64,000 nucleotides of DNA from an uncultured Thermoleophilaceae bacterium (GCA_963803245.1 CAWDLI010000016.1:149577-213576), one strand, 5' to 3'; counted from the stretch's first letter, positions 18,623 to 28,019 are shown. Translations and numbers: made by a program. The notes: generated by a model not told the origin, from the letters alone.

Positions 18623-19358
18623 CACGCCCATTCACGACGTGACCGAGGCGACCTTCGAGTCGCAGGTGCTGGAGCGCTCCAGGGAGGTCCCCGTGGTCGT
18701 GGACTTCTGGGCCGAGTGGTGCGGGCCGTGCAAGCAGCTGACGCCGGTGCTCGAGCGGGCCGCGGCCGCGCGGGCGGGCAAGGTCCAGCTCGCGAAGGTG
18801 GACGTGGACGCGAATCAGCAGCTGGCGGCCGCCTTCCAGGTCAAGGGCATACCCGCGGTCAAGGCATTCCGGAACGGAGCGGTGGCCTCCGAGTTCACCG
18901 GCGCGCTGCCGCCGGCGGAGGTGGAGCGGTTCTTCGACGCGCTCGTGCCCTCGGAGGCCGACGAGCTCGCCGCGGCGGGCGACGAGGACTCCCTGCGACG
19001 CGCCCTCGAGGCGGATCCCCGCCATCCCGTGGCGCGCACGGGGCTGGCGCGCCTCCTGGTCCAGCGGGGCGATACCGACGCCGCGCTCGAGCTGCTCGGC
19101 GAGACGGCGGGCGACTTCATCGCCGACGGCCTGGCGGCCAGGGCGCGCCTGGCGGACGACGAGGAGCTGACACCCGCGTTCGAGGCCTGGGACCGCGGCG
19201 ACTACCGCGTTGCGCTGGAGCGCCTCGAGGCGGCGCTCGCGAACCGGGAGCGGCAGGACGACGTGCGCCGCATGATGGTCGCGATCTTCACCGAGCTCGG
19301 GCCTCAGGACGAGCTGTCGCGCGAGTTCCGGCGCAGGCTCGCGTCCGCGCTCAACTGA
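18612..19358 (+). CDS. Thioredoxin-domain protein with helical/TPR-like C-terminus (YbbN/CnoX-like)
   Basis: VVDFWAEWCGPCKQL active site followed by a helical repeat tail. Confidence 0.8.
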   Translation: MATDTPIHDVTEATFESQVLERSREVPVVVDFWAEWCGPCKQLTPVLERAAAARAGKVQLAKVDVDANQQLAAAFQVKGIPAVKAFRNGAVASEFTGALPPAEVERFFDALVPSEADELAAAGDEDSLRRALEADPRHPVARTGLARLLVQRGDTDAALELLGETAGDFIADGLAARARLADDEELTPAFEAWDRGDYRVALERLEAALANRERQDDVRRMMVAIFTELGPQDELSREFRRRLASALN

Positions 19359-19956
19359 CTCCGCGGGCGGCGCGCGCCTTGGCTTGGCGGCGTCTTCCGA
19401 GGAACACCAGCGCTCCGAGCACGATCACCAGGAGCAGGAACCCGAAGAAGGCGGCGCTCCCGGCACCGATCCCGCCGAATGGAAGCGCGATCAGCTCGAC
19501 TATCCCGAAGCCGAGCGCGAGCAGGACGATCACGGCGGCCAGCAGCAGCAGGATCCCCCTGATGCGGGCGACGACGCCGGCGCTTGCGGGCGGCGCGACC
19601 AGACCCATCAGCCTGAGGAGGAAGAGCTGCCGCGAGGAGGGAGCCTCCTGGCCGAGCTTCTCCATGGCTTCCTTCAGGTCGTCGGGGCGCCGCTCGGCGA
19701 GCGCCAGCGACGCCTTCATCATCTGCCGGAGGGCCTGACGCTCCTGCGGGTGGCAACCGGCGAGCGCCTCGTTGAAGTACGCGCGAGCTGCCTTCACGTC
19801 ATAGCGCTCGGCGGCGCGGGCGCCGAGGATGGCCTTCGCGGCCACGCGGTGCTTCGACTCCGACATCAGCTGCTCGTCGGTGCGCTGCTCGAGCTGCGGG
19901 ATCGCAGAGAGCGCACCGACCTGCATCTGCATCCTGGTCTGCTTCTGCTTGGCCAC
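19351..19956 (-). CDS. Hypothetical membrane protein
   Basis: Soluble helical N-half and two predicted TM helices (ILLLLAAVIVLLALGFGIV, FFGFLLLVIVLGALVFL). No recognisable family. Confidence 0.45.
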   Translation of the reverse strand: MAKQKQTRMQMQVGALSAIPQLEQRTDEQLMSESKHRVAAKAILGARAAERYDVKAARAYFNEALAGCHPQERQALRQMMKASLALAERRPDDLKEAMEKLGQEAPSSRQLFLLRLMGLVAPPASAGVVARIRGILLLLAAVIVLLALGFGIVELIALPFGGIGAGSAAFFGFLLLVIVLGALVFLGRRRQAKARAARGVS

Positions 19957-20052
19957 GGGGGAGAGTCTGCCAGACGCCGGAGCGGACTCAGCCGGGCATG
20001 ACGTCTCTACTTGCCTGTTTTGCGCCTGATCAAACCGGGGTATGTGGGCGTC

Positions 20053-20295
20053 ATGACAATTGCCGCCATCGTCGCCGTCTGCATCGTCCTTCTCGTGCTC
20101 GGCTTCGTGCTGCCGCGCCTCTCGCGAGGTCCCCAGCGCGGCGTGGACCGCACGCTGGGAGTGGGGCAGAGGGCCGGAGGCAAGGCGCCGGGGCCGATCG
20201 GGCGCCTGCTCTCGAAGTCGTTCGGCACGTCGCGCAAGGCCACGAACAAGAGCGCCTCGACCGGCCGGCGCGGGCGCGACAAGATGCCGCTCTAG
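20053..20295 (+). CDS. Small hypothetical membrane protein
   Basis: ATG 20053 gives MTIAAIVAVCIVLLVLGFVLP (one TM helix) and a basic tail. The track ORF starts at 20011. Confidence 0.4.
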   Translation: MTIAAIVAVCIVLLVLGFVLPRLSRGPQRGVDRTLGVGQRAGGKAPGPIGRLLSKSFGTSRKATNKSASTGRRGRDKMPL

Positions 20296-20296
20296 C

Positions 20297-20884
20297 TCAG
20301 CTGGTCTTGCGTGCGGTGACGCCGTCGAAGTCCGGCGTGGCCGGCGCGGGCGGCGCTTCCGGCGCGGGCTCTTCGGGCGTCAGGGCCGCGGCCACGGCCT
20401 CCGGCGGCGTGAGCCGCTCCATCGCGTCGTCGGCGGTGGCGAGCACCTCGTCGGCAAGGCGGCGCACCTCCTCGATCAGGTGCTGGCGCTCGGCCCACAG
20501 CCTGCGCATGTCCACGGCCACCTGCTCGGCGTACTTGTCGGCGTCCGCCTTCACGATCTCCGCCTCGCGCTCGGCGCGTTGCAGGCGACCCTCGGCCTGC
20601 GCTCGCGAGCGCGCCGCCAGCTCGTCGGCAGTCTCGTTGGCGCGCTGCAGGATCCCGGCGGTCTGCTCTCCGACCTCGTCGAGGGCGCGATGCACGACCT
20701 TCTCGCGCAGCTGGCGTCCCTCGAGCTCGTCCACGAGCTCCGTCAGCTCCGCCACGAACTCGTCGACCGCCCGGCGGTCGTAGCCGCGGACGGCAAGAGG
20801 GAACTCCGCCTCCCGCAGGCGCTCGCCCGCAGTGCCGCGTGTGGAGAGGTGCTGGGTGGGGGCTTGATCGGCTGAGATGCTCAT
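20297..20884 (-). CDS. DivIVA-domain protein
   Basis: ATG 20884. FPLAVRGYDRRAVDEFVAELTELVDELE is a DivIVA N-domain signature. A coiled coil follows. Confidence 0.7.
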   Translation of the reverse strand: MSISADQAPTQHLSTRGTAGERLREAEFPLAVRGYDRRAVDEFVAELTELVDELEGRQLREKVVHRALDEVGEQTAGILQRANETADELAARSRAQAEGRLQRAEREAEIVKADADKYAEQVAVDMRRLWAERQHLIEEVRRLADEVLATADDAMERLTPPEAVAAALTPEEPAPEAPPAPATPDFDGVTARKTS

Positions 20885-20981
20885 CGTCCTGGGAAGTATG
20901 CCCAGTGGAGAGGCGGCTCCAACGGCTTGCAAGAGCAACGCTCGATAACGAAGGTTATGGAAACCCGCGGCGGGAAATCGG

Positions 20982-22592
20982 CTAGGGATCGCCGCAGACC
21001 GCGTACGAGGTGACGCTCCAGAGGCCGGAATACCCGTTTTCGTCCTCCACGCCCACGATCTCGACGGAATCGAGGCCCCGATTCGGCCGGATCGCCGTGA
21101 ACACGACCTGTCCGGCGCCGCCGTTGATGTCCACGCCGGTGCCGAACAGGCGCTTGCTGCCCGGGCACGTCGCCGTAACCGCCTTGTTCTGCGAGCTCAG
21201 CTCGGATGTGGCCGCCACGCGCTCGAGGCCTGCCGGCGGATCGGCACACACCGCGGACGCCGTGACCGACCAGCCGACGGGATAGCCGGTCTCATCCTCA
21301 GCCCCCTGGACCGTGACCGAGCGCAGATCCGCGCTCGGGCGCACGTCGTCCAGGATCACCTGCCCGCCATCCGTGTTGATGGCGCCGAGGGCTCCGAGGA
21401 CGCGCTTCCCGGTCGGGCAGCTCACCGTGGTGCTCTTGTTGGACGAGTTGAGCGGGCCAACCGTGAAGGCGCGCTCGAACCCTGGGAACCCCGAGGCACA
21501 GATCGCGTACGAGGTCTGGCTCCAGTCCTCGTCGGCCCCGGTCTCATCCTCCACCGCGTTGATGCTGACGTTCTTCACCTCCGGGCTCACACCGATGTCC
21601 TCCAGGTGGACCTGGCCGGTCTCGGCAGCGGGGCCGGTGAGCTCGGCCCCGGCGCCGCTCACGCGGGCGCAGTCGCTTCCGGACCCGGGCGGGTCGGTGC
21701 TCGACCTGAGTCGGCGAGTCGGAGCGCAGATCGCGTAGTCCGTCACGCTCCACGATCCCGCGTAGCCGTCCTGGTCCTCCGCCGCCGACGAGAAATAGCC
21801 GGTCGCCGCGAGCGCCACCTGTCCGGCGCCGCCGTCGATGTCGGTACCTCCGCTGAGCCGGACCTTCTCGCCGGGGCACGGGCGGACCGGGCCGCCCGCG
21901 GACTTGCCGCCCCCCGAGTCGAGCTCCGAGGTCAGTGCGTGGCGCTCGAGGCCCGGGATCGGGTCGGCGCAGATGGCGTGTGCCGTCAGGGCCCAGAGAC
22001 GCGCGGTGCCGGTGTCCTGCTCCACCGCCTTGACCGTTACCGAAGTCAGCCCGGCGTTGGGGGTGACGTCGTCGATCAGCACCCGGCCGTCGCCGCCATG
22101 TATCTCCGCTCCCGTTCCGAGCACCCGCTTGCCGGCCGGACAGGGCGCGGTCACGCTCTTCGTCTCGGAGTCGAGCGGACTCGTGGCGGCCACCTGCTCG
22201 AGTCCGGGCGGCGGGTCGGCGCACAGGGAGCCGCTCTGCAGAGCCCAGAATCCCTCCACGCCGTCCTCATCCGGGATCGCCTTCACGGCTGACCTGGTCA
22301 GGGCCGCGTTCGGCGTGATGTCGTCGATCACCACCTGGCCGATGGGCGTGAAGTCGCCGTTGATCGAGATGTCCGCCCCGGTGCCAAGGAGCCGGGCGCC
22401 GTCCGCGCAGGTGTTCGTGATCAGCTGTGAGGTGAAGCTGCCCGGAAACGAAAGCTGGGAGGTCGCGGGCCCCTGGAGGCCGTAGATGGCGCCGAGCGCT
22501 CCGGCGGGAAGCGCCAGGAGGCAGAGGACCGCCGCGAGTGCGATGCCGAACCGTCTCAGGGTGCGGAGCCTCTCATGTTGGCCTAGCCTCAT
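20982..22592 (-). CDS. Secreted protein made of six tandem ~85-aa Cys-pair repeats
   Basis: Signal peptide MRLGQHERLRTLRRFGIALAAVLCLLALPAGALGA. Six repeats follow the pattern CP.GKR.LG.G..I.G..GQV..D..P...L..V.V...ED..G....W.....A.CADPP.GLE. Confidence 0.7.
   Translation of the reverse strand: MRLGQHERLRTLRRFGIALAAVLCLLALPAGALGAIYGLQGPATSQLSFPGSFTSQLITNTCADGARLLGTGADISINGDFTPIGQVVIDDITPNAALTRSAVKAIPDEDGVEGFWALQSGSLCADPPPGLEQVAATSPLDSETKSVTAPCPAGKRVLGTGAEIHGGDGRVLIDDVTPNAGLTSVTVKAVEQDTGTARLWALTAHAICADPIPGLERHALTSELDSGGGKSAGGPVRPCPGEKVRLSGGTDIDGGAGQVALAATGYFSSAAEDQDGYAGSWSVTDYAICAPTRRLRSSTDPPGSGSDCARVSGAGAELTGPAAETGQVHLEDIGVSPEVKNVSINAVEDETGADEDWSQTSYAICASGFPGFERAFTVGPLNSSNKSTTVSCPTGKRVLGALGAINTDGGQVILDDVRPSADLRSVTVQGAEDETGYPVGWSVTASAVCADPPAGLERVAATSELSSQNKAVTATCPGSKRLFGTGVDINGGAGQVVFTAIRPNRGLDSVEIVGVEDENGYSGLWSVTSYAVCGDP
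20985..22433 (-). repeat. Six tandem coding repeats (~255 nt each) inside the secreted-protein gene
   Basis: Repeats are seen at protein level (for example TAPCPAGKRVLGTGAEIHGGDGRVLIDDVTPNAGLTSVTVKAVEQDTG and VSCPTGKRVLGALGAINTDGGQVILDDVRPSADLRSVTVQGAEDETG). Confidence 0.7.
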
Positions 22593-23214
22593 GCTCCCCT
22601 TGGATCCCGCGACCCTGCCCCTCGAGGCGGCCGACCTCGCCGCCGATCCGATCGTCCAGTTCGAGCGCTGGTTCGAGGATGCGCGGTCGGCCGGCATCCC
22701 GCTGTCCGAGGCGGTGGCGCTCGCCACCGCGACCCGCGCGGGCGCGCCTTCGTTGCGAATGGTTCTCCTGAAGGCCGCCGACGATCGCGGATTCGCCTTC
22801 TTCACCAACCTCTCCAGCCGCAAGGCGTCCGAGCTCGACGCCAACCCGCGCGCGGCGCTCCTCTTCCACTGGAAGGAGCTGAATCGCCAGGTGCGTGTGG
22901 AGGGCGCCGTGACGCCCGTGGACCGTGCCGAGGTCGAGGAATACGCGCACAAGCGCTCGCGGGAGAGCCAGCTGAGCGCGCTCGCGTCGCCGCAGAGCAC
23001 GCCGATCGAGGGTCGCGACCAGCTCGAGCGGCGGGTGGCCGAGCTGGCGCGCGAGCACGGCGGCGAGGTGCCCGTGTCTGAGACCTGGGGCGGCTACCGG
23101 GTGGTCCCCGACGCCTACGAGTTCTGGCAGAGCGGCGCCCACCGGCTGCACGACCGCTTCCGCTACCTGCCCGTCGAGGGCGGCGGCTGGGCGATCCAGC
23201 GCCTGGCGCCCTAG
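22591..23214 (+). CDS. pdxH: Pyridoxamine 5'-phosphate oxidase
   Basis: DPIVQFERWFEDA, LRMVLLK..D.RGFAFFTN, RVEG and WGGYRV..YEFWQ...RLHDR motifs. ATG 22591 (alternative TTG 22600). Confidence 0.9.
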   Translation: MLPLDPATLPLEAADLAADPIVQFERWFEDARSAGIPLSEAVALATATRAGAPSLRMVLLKAADDRGFAFFTNLSSRKASELDANPRAALLFHWKELNRQVRVEGAVTPVDRAEVEEYAHKRSRESQLSALASPQSTPIEGRDQLERRVAELAREHGGEVPVSETWGGYRVVPDAYEFWQSGAHRLHDRFRYLPVEGGGWAIQRLAP

Positions 23215-23222
23215 GCGGGCGC

Positions 23223-24182
23223 TCAGCCGTCGGGGAACGGCTGGATCTTCACGCCGTGGTCGTGCTCGCGCACGCCCAGCTCGTACGCGGCACCGCCGCG
23301 GATCTCGAGGGCCCGCACGGGCCGTTCCTTCGGCTCGACGCGAAGGCGCATGTCGGCGATCGAGCAGTTGAGCGAGTGGTGCTCGCCGCCGCCCGGGTCG
23401 GCGTACACCCAGCCGACGGTGTCCTCGAGCGGCGCGGTCACGTCCCCGGAGACCGAGATACCGCGCCCGGTCAGGTGGAACTGGCAGACGCCCGGGCCCT
23501 CGCGGACCTCGGTGCCGCGCCGCCCGCCCAGCGCGTAGCGCTCACCCTCGACCATCACGGCGCCATTGGCGATCCAGGGCGTGGTCATGCCGCCGATGAT
23601 CACCTTGCCGATGGCCGCGTCGAGCCACTCGCCGTCCTGTGTCACGCCATGCAGCCAGATCCAGCGCTCGGCGTGCTCGGCGCCCCAGTTGTGGCCCACC
23701 ATCCCGTACCAGCCGTCGAGCGAGATCTGGCGCTCCCCCACTCCCAGCCGGCCGCCGAAGTGCGCTTCCGGCAGTGGGCTGCAGAGCTTGGTCTTGGGCA
23801 GCGGGGCGCGGTACATCCAATCGCTGGCCAGGTGGAAGAGCGGCTCCTCGTGCGACTCGAACGACAGCTCCCACCACGCGGCGCCCGCCCAGCCGAACGC
23901 ACGGCCGGGTCCCATGCCGGACGCCTCCCCCACCCTGATCCAGTCGCGCTCGCCCGACTCCGGCCCGGGGAGCGTCTCCTTGGCCGCGACCGGACCGCCG
24001 GCGCCGGCCTCGAAGAGGGTGAACCAGACCGATCCCTTGGGCTCCTCGTCCGGGCGCTTGTGGACCGTGTAACGGATCCACACGGCGAGCGGCTCCTCCG
24101 GATGGCAGGCCTTCAGGTAGTAGCTCTCGTAGTGCCCGGCGGACGCGCGAATGCCCGGAAAACGGGCCTCGGTCGGATTCAC
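23223..24182 (-). CDS. Hypothetical protein (beta-rich; family not recognised)
   Basis: High-GC3 ORF. I prefer GTG 24182 so it does not overlap the divergent SDR gene. No motif that I can name. Confidence 0.5.
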   Translation of the reverse strand: MNPTEARFPGIRASAGHYESYYLKACHPEEPLAVWIRYTVHKRPDEEPKGSVWFTLFEAGAGGPVAAKETLPGPESGERDWIRVGEASGMGPGRAFGWAGAAWWELSFESHEEPLFHLASDWMYRAPLPKTKLCSPLPEAHFGGRLGVGERQISLDGWYGMVGHNWGAEHAERWIWLHGVTQDGEWLDAAIGKVIIGGMTTPWIANGAVMVEGERYALGGRRGTEVREGPGVCQFHLTGRGISVSGDVTAPLEDTVGWVYADPGGGEHHSLNCSIADMRLRVEPKERPVRALEIRGGAAYELGVREHDHGVKIQPFPDG

Positions 24183-24252
24183 GCCGGGCACGGTGGGGCC
24201 CAGCCTACCCGCGGCGACTGCTAGAACCCCGGCTGTGCCCGAGCAACCCGTA

Positions 24253-24921
24253 ATGGTCATCACCGGCGCCAGCAGCGGCATCGGCGCCGCCACGGCCCGC
24301 CGGGCCGTCGAGTTCGGGCACCGCGTGGTGCTGGCAGCGAGGTCCGAGGACAAGCTCGCGGCGCTCGCCGACGAGCTCGGGGAGGCCGCGATCCCGGTGC
24401 GCTGCGACGTGACGAGCTGGGAAGACCAGCAGCAGCTCGTGGCCACCGCGCTCGACCGTTTCGGGCGGATGGACGTGTTCTTCGCGAACGCCGGATTCGG
24501 CGCCAAGCGCGGGTTCCTCGAGGAGTCCGTGGAGCACTGGCGGGCGATGGTCGACACGAACGTCTATGGCGCCGCCCTGTCGATTCGCGCCGCGCTCGGC
24601 CACTTCCGCGAGCAGAACCGCGGCCACGTGCTGCTGACGAGCTCGGTGGCCGGCCGGCGGGTGCTGCCCGGGTCGCTCTACTCCTGCACCAAGTGGGCGG
24701 TGACCGCCATGGGCGAGGCGCTTCGCCAGGAGGTGGCCGAGACGGACATCAAGGTCACGCTGATCGAGCCGGGCATGGTTGACACCCCGTTCTTCGACGA
24801 CTCGCCCACCGGCGCGCTCGAGCCAGACGACATCGCTCGCGCGGTCCTCTTCGCCCTCACCCAGCCGGCGCACGTGGACGTGAACGAGATGCTCGTGCGG
24901 CCGATCCATCAGCCGACCTGA
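24253..24921 (+). CDS. Short-chain dehydrogenase/reductase
   Basis: VITGASSGIGAATA Rossmann motif, NAG motif and catalytic YSCTKWAV (YxxxK). Confidence 0.85.
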   Translation: MVITGASSGIGAATARRAVEFGHRVVLAARSEDKLAALADELGEAAIPVRCDVTSWEDQQQLVATALDRFGRMDVFFANAGFGAKRGFLEESVEHWRAMVDTNVYGAALSIRAALGHFREQNRGHVLLTSSVAGRRVLPGSLYSCTKWAVTAMGEALRQEVAETDIKVTLIEPGMVDTPFFDDSPTGALEPDDIARAVLFALTQPAHVDVNEMLVRPIHQPT

Positions 24922-24923
24922 GG

Positions 24924-26867
24924 TCAGCCGCTGCCGTCGCGCAGGGCGGCGGCACCGTTGCGAGCTGGCTCGGTGAGGGGAAGCCGCGAGGCGCGGCCTT
25001 CGGAGACGGCGATCACCTGAAGCGGCGCCAACTCGCTCGGGTCCTCCCCGCTGCGAACGTCGATGACAGTTTTGTAGCCCGATTTGGCGAGCGTGACCCC
25101 GTGACCCTTGGCCACATCAGGGCGCGCCTCCGCCGGAGTCACGCCGGCCAGCAGGCGCCCGTGTGAGAACACGAGCACCCATTCGCCTGGGACTTCACGC
25201 TCGAGGTCGGCCGCCCATCCGATGACCGTGACCGCTTGCGGCGACGCCGAGATCTCGTCGACGAAGCCGTCGACCTCGCGTGTCACGTTCAGCTGCGCCC
25301 GATCCAGCCATGGGCTTACCGCCCAATGCCCGTCGTGGTGGACGAGCCGCACGCTCCCGCCGCCCGGCGCGCGCCGGCCGAGCGCGACCTGGGCACACAT
25401 CCGACGTGCTGGTGGCACCGAGTAGATGCCGACGCGCATGGGCGCCGAAGGCACGCTCCTGCTGTCACCGAGGCGGAAGCATTTGCCGGGCCCCACACCC
25501 CGCGGCAGCGGAGGCAGATAGCCGAAGATCGGCGTGGTCACGAAGAACACGTTTGCGCCGCGCCACCCGGCCTCCCACACTTCGGCATCGGACACACCGC
25601 GCCACTCGAGCCGATGCGGCCGTTCGAGGTAGGCCTCCAGGCCACGGGCCAGCGGGCTGCCGACGCCCCCCAGGAATGGCTTGGGCTGGAAGACCGGGTC
25701 GCCAGGGCGGGCGCGCTCATCGATGAACTCGGCCACCCGACGTGTGTCCGTACCCCGCACGCTCGGCTGGTCGAGTGCCTTGCCGCCCGCCACGGCCACC
25801 ACCGCCAGCGCCACGGCGGTGAGGCCCACGGCGACCGCTCCACGCAACGAGGTCAGGAGCCAGCCCAGCAAGAGCAGAACCGCGGGCAGCGACGCGCTCA
25901 GATTCCGCGGTATGAAGATGTTGTTCCCGCCCAGCGAGAAGGCCACCAACCCACACGGCGTGGCCACGGCCGTGAGGATCAGCAGGGCCTGAAGCCGCTC
26001 CACATGAAGCACCGGCCGGCTGGTCAGCGCGCGCCCCAAGAGGACCAGGAGCGCGACGGCGACGGTGGCCAGGAAAGCCGCCAGGAGCAGGTCTCCGGGT
26101 AAGCGGCTCACCGAGGTCCCCGGTTGCCCGATGAGCGCTCGCACTACGGTGTCGAGGCTGTTGTGGAGGGTGAACGGGCCGACCAGTCGTGTGAATGCCG
26201 GCTCCTTCGTGAGCTCCGTCACGAGCCAGGGCGCATATCCGGCGACCATCGCGGCGAAGGTGAGCAGCAAAGGGCGAATGAGCCGCCGGTGCGCCCAAAA
26301 GGCCCATGCGGCCTGGGCCACGAGCACGAACACGCCGGTGTAGTGCGTGTACAGCACCGCGCACCCACAGATGGCGTACGCCACCCACCACCAGCGGCTC
26401 CTGCCATCCACCGCGCGTACGAGCAGCAGTGTCGAGAGCGCCGATAGGAACATGAGCGTCGCGTAGGCGCGCGCTTCGGTGCCGTAGAAGACCATGAACG
26501 GGCTGAACGCCACGATGGCGGCTGCCGCGAGTCCCGCGGCGCGGCTCAGCACCCGGGCCCCCAGGAGGTAGATCAGCGGCACGAGCGCCGTTCCCAGGAG
26601 CAGAGAGGGCAGCCGGATCCAGATGGTCGGATCTCCCAGCTGCGCCGACAGCCAGGCGAAGATGAAGAACAGCGGCGGGTTGTCCTCCAGCCCCACCCGT
26701 ACCTCACGGAGCGCTCCGCCGAGACTCCTGCCGTTCACGTCGTTGAAGGTGAAGAGCTCGTCGCCGTAGAGGTTCTGGTCGACGCCCACCACCCTCACGG
26801 CGAATGCCCCGGCCGTCAGGGCGAGCAGAATGGCCGTCTCCCAGGAGCGTTCCCTCCTGGAGCTCAT
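24924..26867 (-). CDS. GT-C fold glycosyltransferase (ArnT/PMT, GT39/83-like) with soluble C-terminal domain
   Basis: About 380 aa of multiple TM helices with an early LYGDELF loop motif, followed by a C-terminal domain of about 260 aa. Confidence 0.7.
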   Translation of the reverse strand: MSSRRERSWETAILLALTAGAFAVRVVGVDQNLYGDELFTFNDVNGRSLGGALREVRVGLEDNPPLFFIFAWLSAQLGDPTIWIRLPSLLLGTALVPLIYLLGARVLSRAAGLAAAAIVAFSPFMVFYGTEARAYATLMFLSALSTLLLVRAVDGRSRWWWVAYAICGCAVLYTHYTGVFVLVAQAAWAFWAHRRLIRPLLLTFAAMVAGYAPWLVTELTKEPAFTRLVGPFTLHNSLDTVVRALIGQPGTSVSRLPGDLLLAAFLATVAVALLVLLGRALTSRPVLHVERLQALLILTAVATPCGLVAFSLGGNNIFIPRNLSASLPAVLLLLGWLLTSLRGAVAVGLTAVALAVVAVAGGKALDQPSVRGTDTRRVAEFIDERARPGDPVFQPKPFLGGVGSPLARGLEAYLERPHRLEWRGVSDAEVWEAGWRGANVFFVTTPIFGYLPPLPRGVGPGKCFRLGDSRSVPSAPMRVGIYSVPPARRMCAQVALGRRAPGGGSVRLVHHDGHWAVSPWLDRAQLNVTREVDGFVDEISASPQAVTVIGWAADLEREVPGEWVLVFSHGRLLAGVTPAEARPDVAKGHGVTLAKSGYKTVIDVRSGEDPSELAPLQVIAVSEGRASRLPLTEPARNGAAALRDGSG

Positions 26868-26958
26868 CGAACGAAACTATACGTTCAGGAACCGCTGAGC
26901 GATTGATTTGACTGCATCGATACGTTCGGGAGGTGCAGAAGAGGCCTACGGACTAGCG

Positions 26959-27366
26959 GTGTCGCGCGAGAACGTAGACAAGGCCCGGGAATTCATCGAG
27001 GCGTACAACAGGCGCGACTTCGCCGCCGCCGTCCAGCATTTTGACCCTCAGGTCGATTGGGTGCTCCCCGAGCGCCAGGGCTTCGACTCGTGCTGCGGCC
27101 CGGAGCAGATCGTGGGCTTCTGGAGGGGTCTCGACGAGACCTTCGACGACCTGAGGCTGCACCCGCAGGAGTACGTCGACGCCGGCGACCGGGTGGCGAC
27201 CCGCCTTCGCCACTCCGGGCGCGGCAAGGGCAGCGGGATCGACATCGAGGAGGAGCTCTACCACCAGGTCGTCACGTTCCGCGACGGGACGATCGTGCGC
27301 TTCGAGTACTTCGTCGAGTGGTCCGACGCGCTCGCGGCCGCCGGCGTGCCTGGCGAGCCCAGGTAA
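26959..27366 (+). CDS. SnoaL-like / NTF2-fold protein
   Basis: GTG 26959. ENVDKAREFIEAYNRRDFAAAVQHFDPQVDW is a typical SnoaL-like N-terminus. Confidence 0.7.
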   Translation: MSRENVDKAREFIEAYNRRDFAAAVQHFDPQVDWVLPERQGFDSCCGPEQIVGFWRGLDETFDDLRLHPQEYVDAGDRVATRLRHSGRGKGSGIDIEEELYHQVVTFRDGTIVRFEYFVEWSDALAAAGVPGEPR

Positions 27367-28019
27367 CCCTCAGGAGCCCGAGGCAGGGCTGCCCATGGGC
27401 GACACTCGCCCGCATGGACACATTCCTCGCCACCGTGCTGCACGACGGAAGCCAACGGGTCCTCAACCTCGGGCAAGAGCCTCTGAAGGTCTCGACGGAG
27501 GTTGGACAGCTTGTCGCTGAGGGTGGCCGGCAGCTCCGTCTGGGGATCGAGCCCCGACGCCTTGGCGACCATTGCCGAAAACTGCGCCTGTGCGCTGTAG
27601 TAGCCGTCGATCGCTTCGATCGTGCCGCGCAGCTGGGCCCTGAGGCCGCCGCCGGCCTCTCGCCCAACGTGTTCGTTGGCCCTAGCGATCTCCGCGACGT
27701 TGGCGCCCGAGAACCGGTCAAGCTCGATCCGCGCCTGGCGGGCCGTGGTGCGGGCCTGCTCAACCCTGCGCGACCACGCCACCGGCGGGTCCTTCAGCGC
27801 CTTGATCTGGGCGGCCAGCCTCGCCGCTTCGGTCTTCGGCTTCGGGTTGCCGGTCTCGTCAAGCTGGTCGGGCGGCAGCGCCGCGAACTCGCGGCTCGCC
27901 AGCTCGAGCCGGTTGGCCGCCTCGCGGGCCTGGGCCTCAACGTCCCGCACCACCTGTTCGGCCTCGGACACCTTCGACTGACGGCCGGCGAGTTCGGTTG
28001 CGATGTCAGTCGTCGCCAT
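27258..28019 (-). CDS. Hypothetical coiled-coil protein
   Basis: ATG 28019. All-alpha, charged sequence (VSEAEQVVRDVEAQAREAANRLELASREF). The last ~36 codons run antisense into the SnoaL gene. Confidence 0.45.
   Translation of the reverse strand: MATTDIATELAGRQSKVSEAEQVVRDVEAQAREAANRLELASREFAALPPDQLDETGNPKPKTEAARLAAQIKALKDPPVAWSRRVEQARTTARQARIELDRFSGANVAEIARANEHVGREAGGGLRAQLRGTIEAIDGYYSAQAQFSAMVAKASGLDPQTELPATLSDKLSNLRRDLQRLLPEVEDPLASVVQHGGEECVHAGECRPWAALPRAPEGYLGSPGTPAAASASDHSTKYSKRTIVPSRNVTTWW

Noticed and set aside
19351-19358. Palindromic shared stop regions of convergent genes (TCAACTGA at 19351..19358, CTAG at 37035..37038 and at 43480..43483, TGATCA at 33852..33857)
   Set aside because: They are a compact-genome curiosity. 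They are explained by convergent genes abutting each other and give no evidence of function.
26865-26927. Direct repeat catcga...tacgttc / catcgatacgttc and a GAAC-N10-GTTC element in the AT-rich spacer upstream of the first SnoaL gene
   Set aside because: They are short and imperfect. The spacing does not fit a LexA box (N4), and no partner motif occurs elsewhere in the window. This could be chance in an AT-rich stretch.
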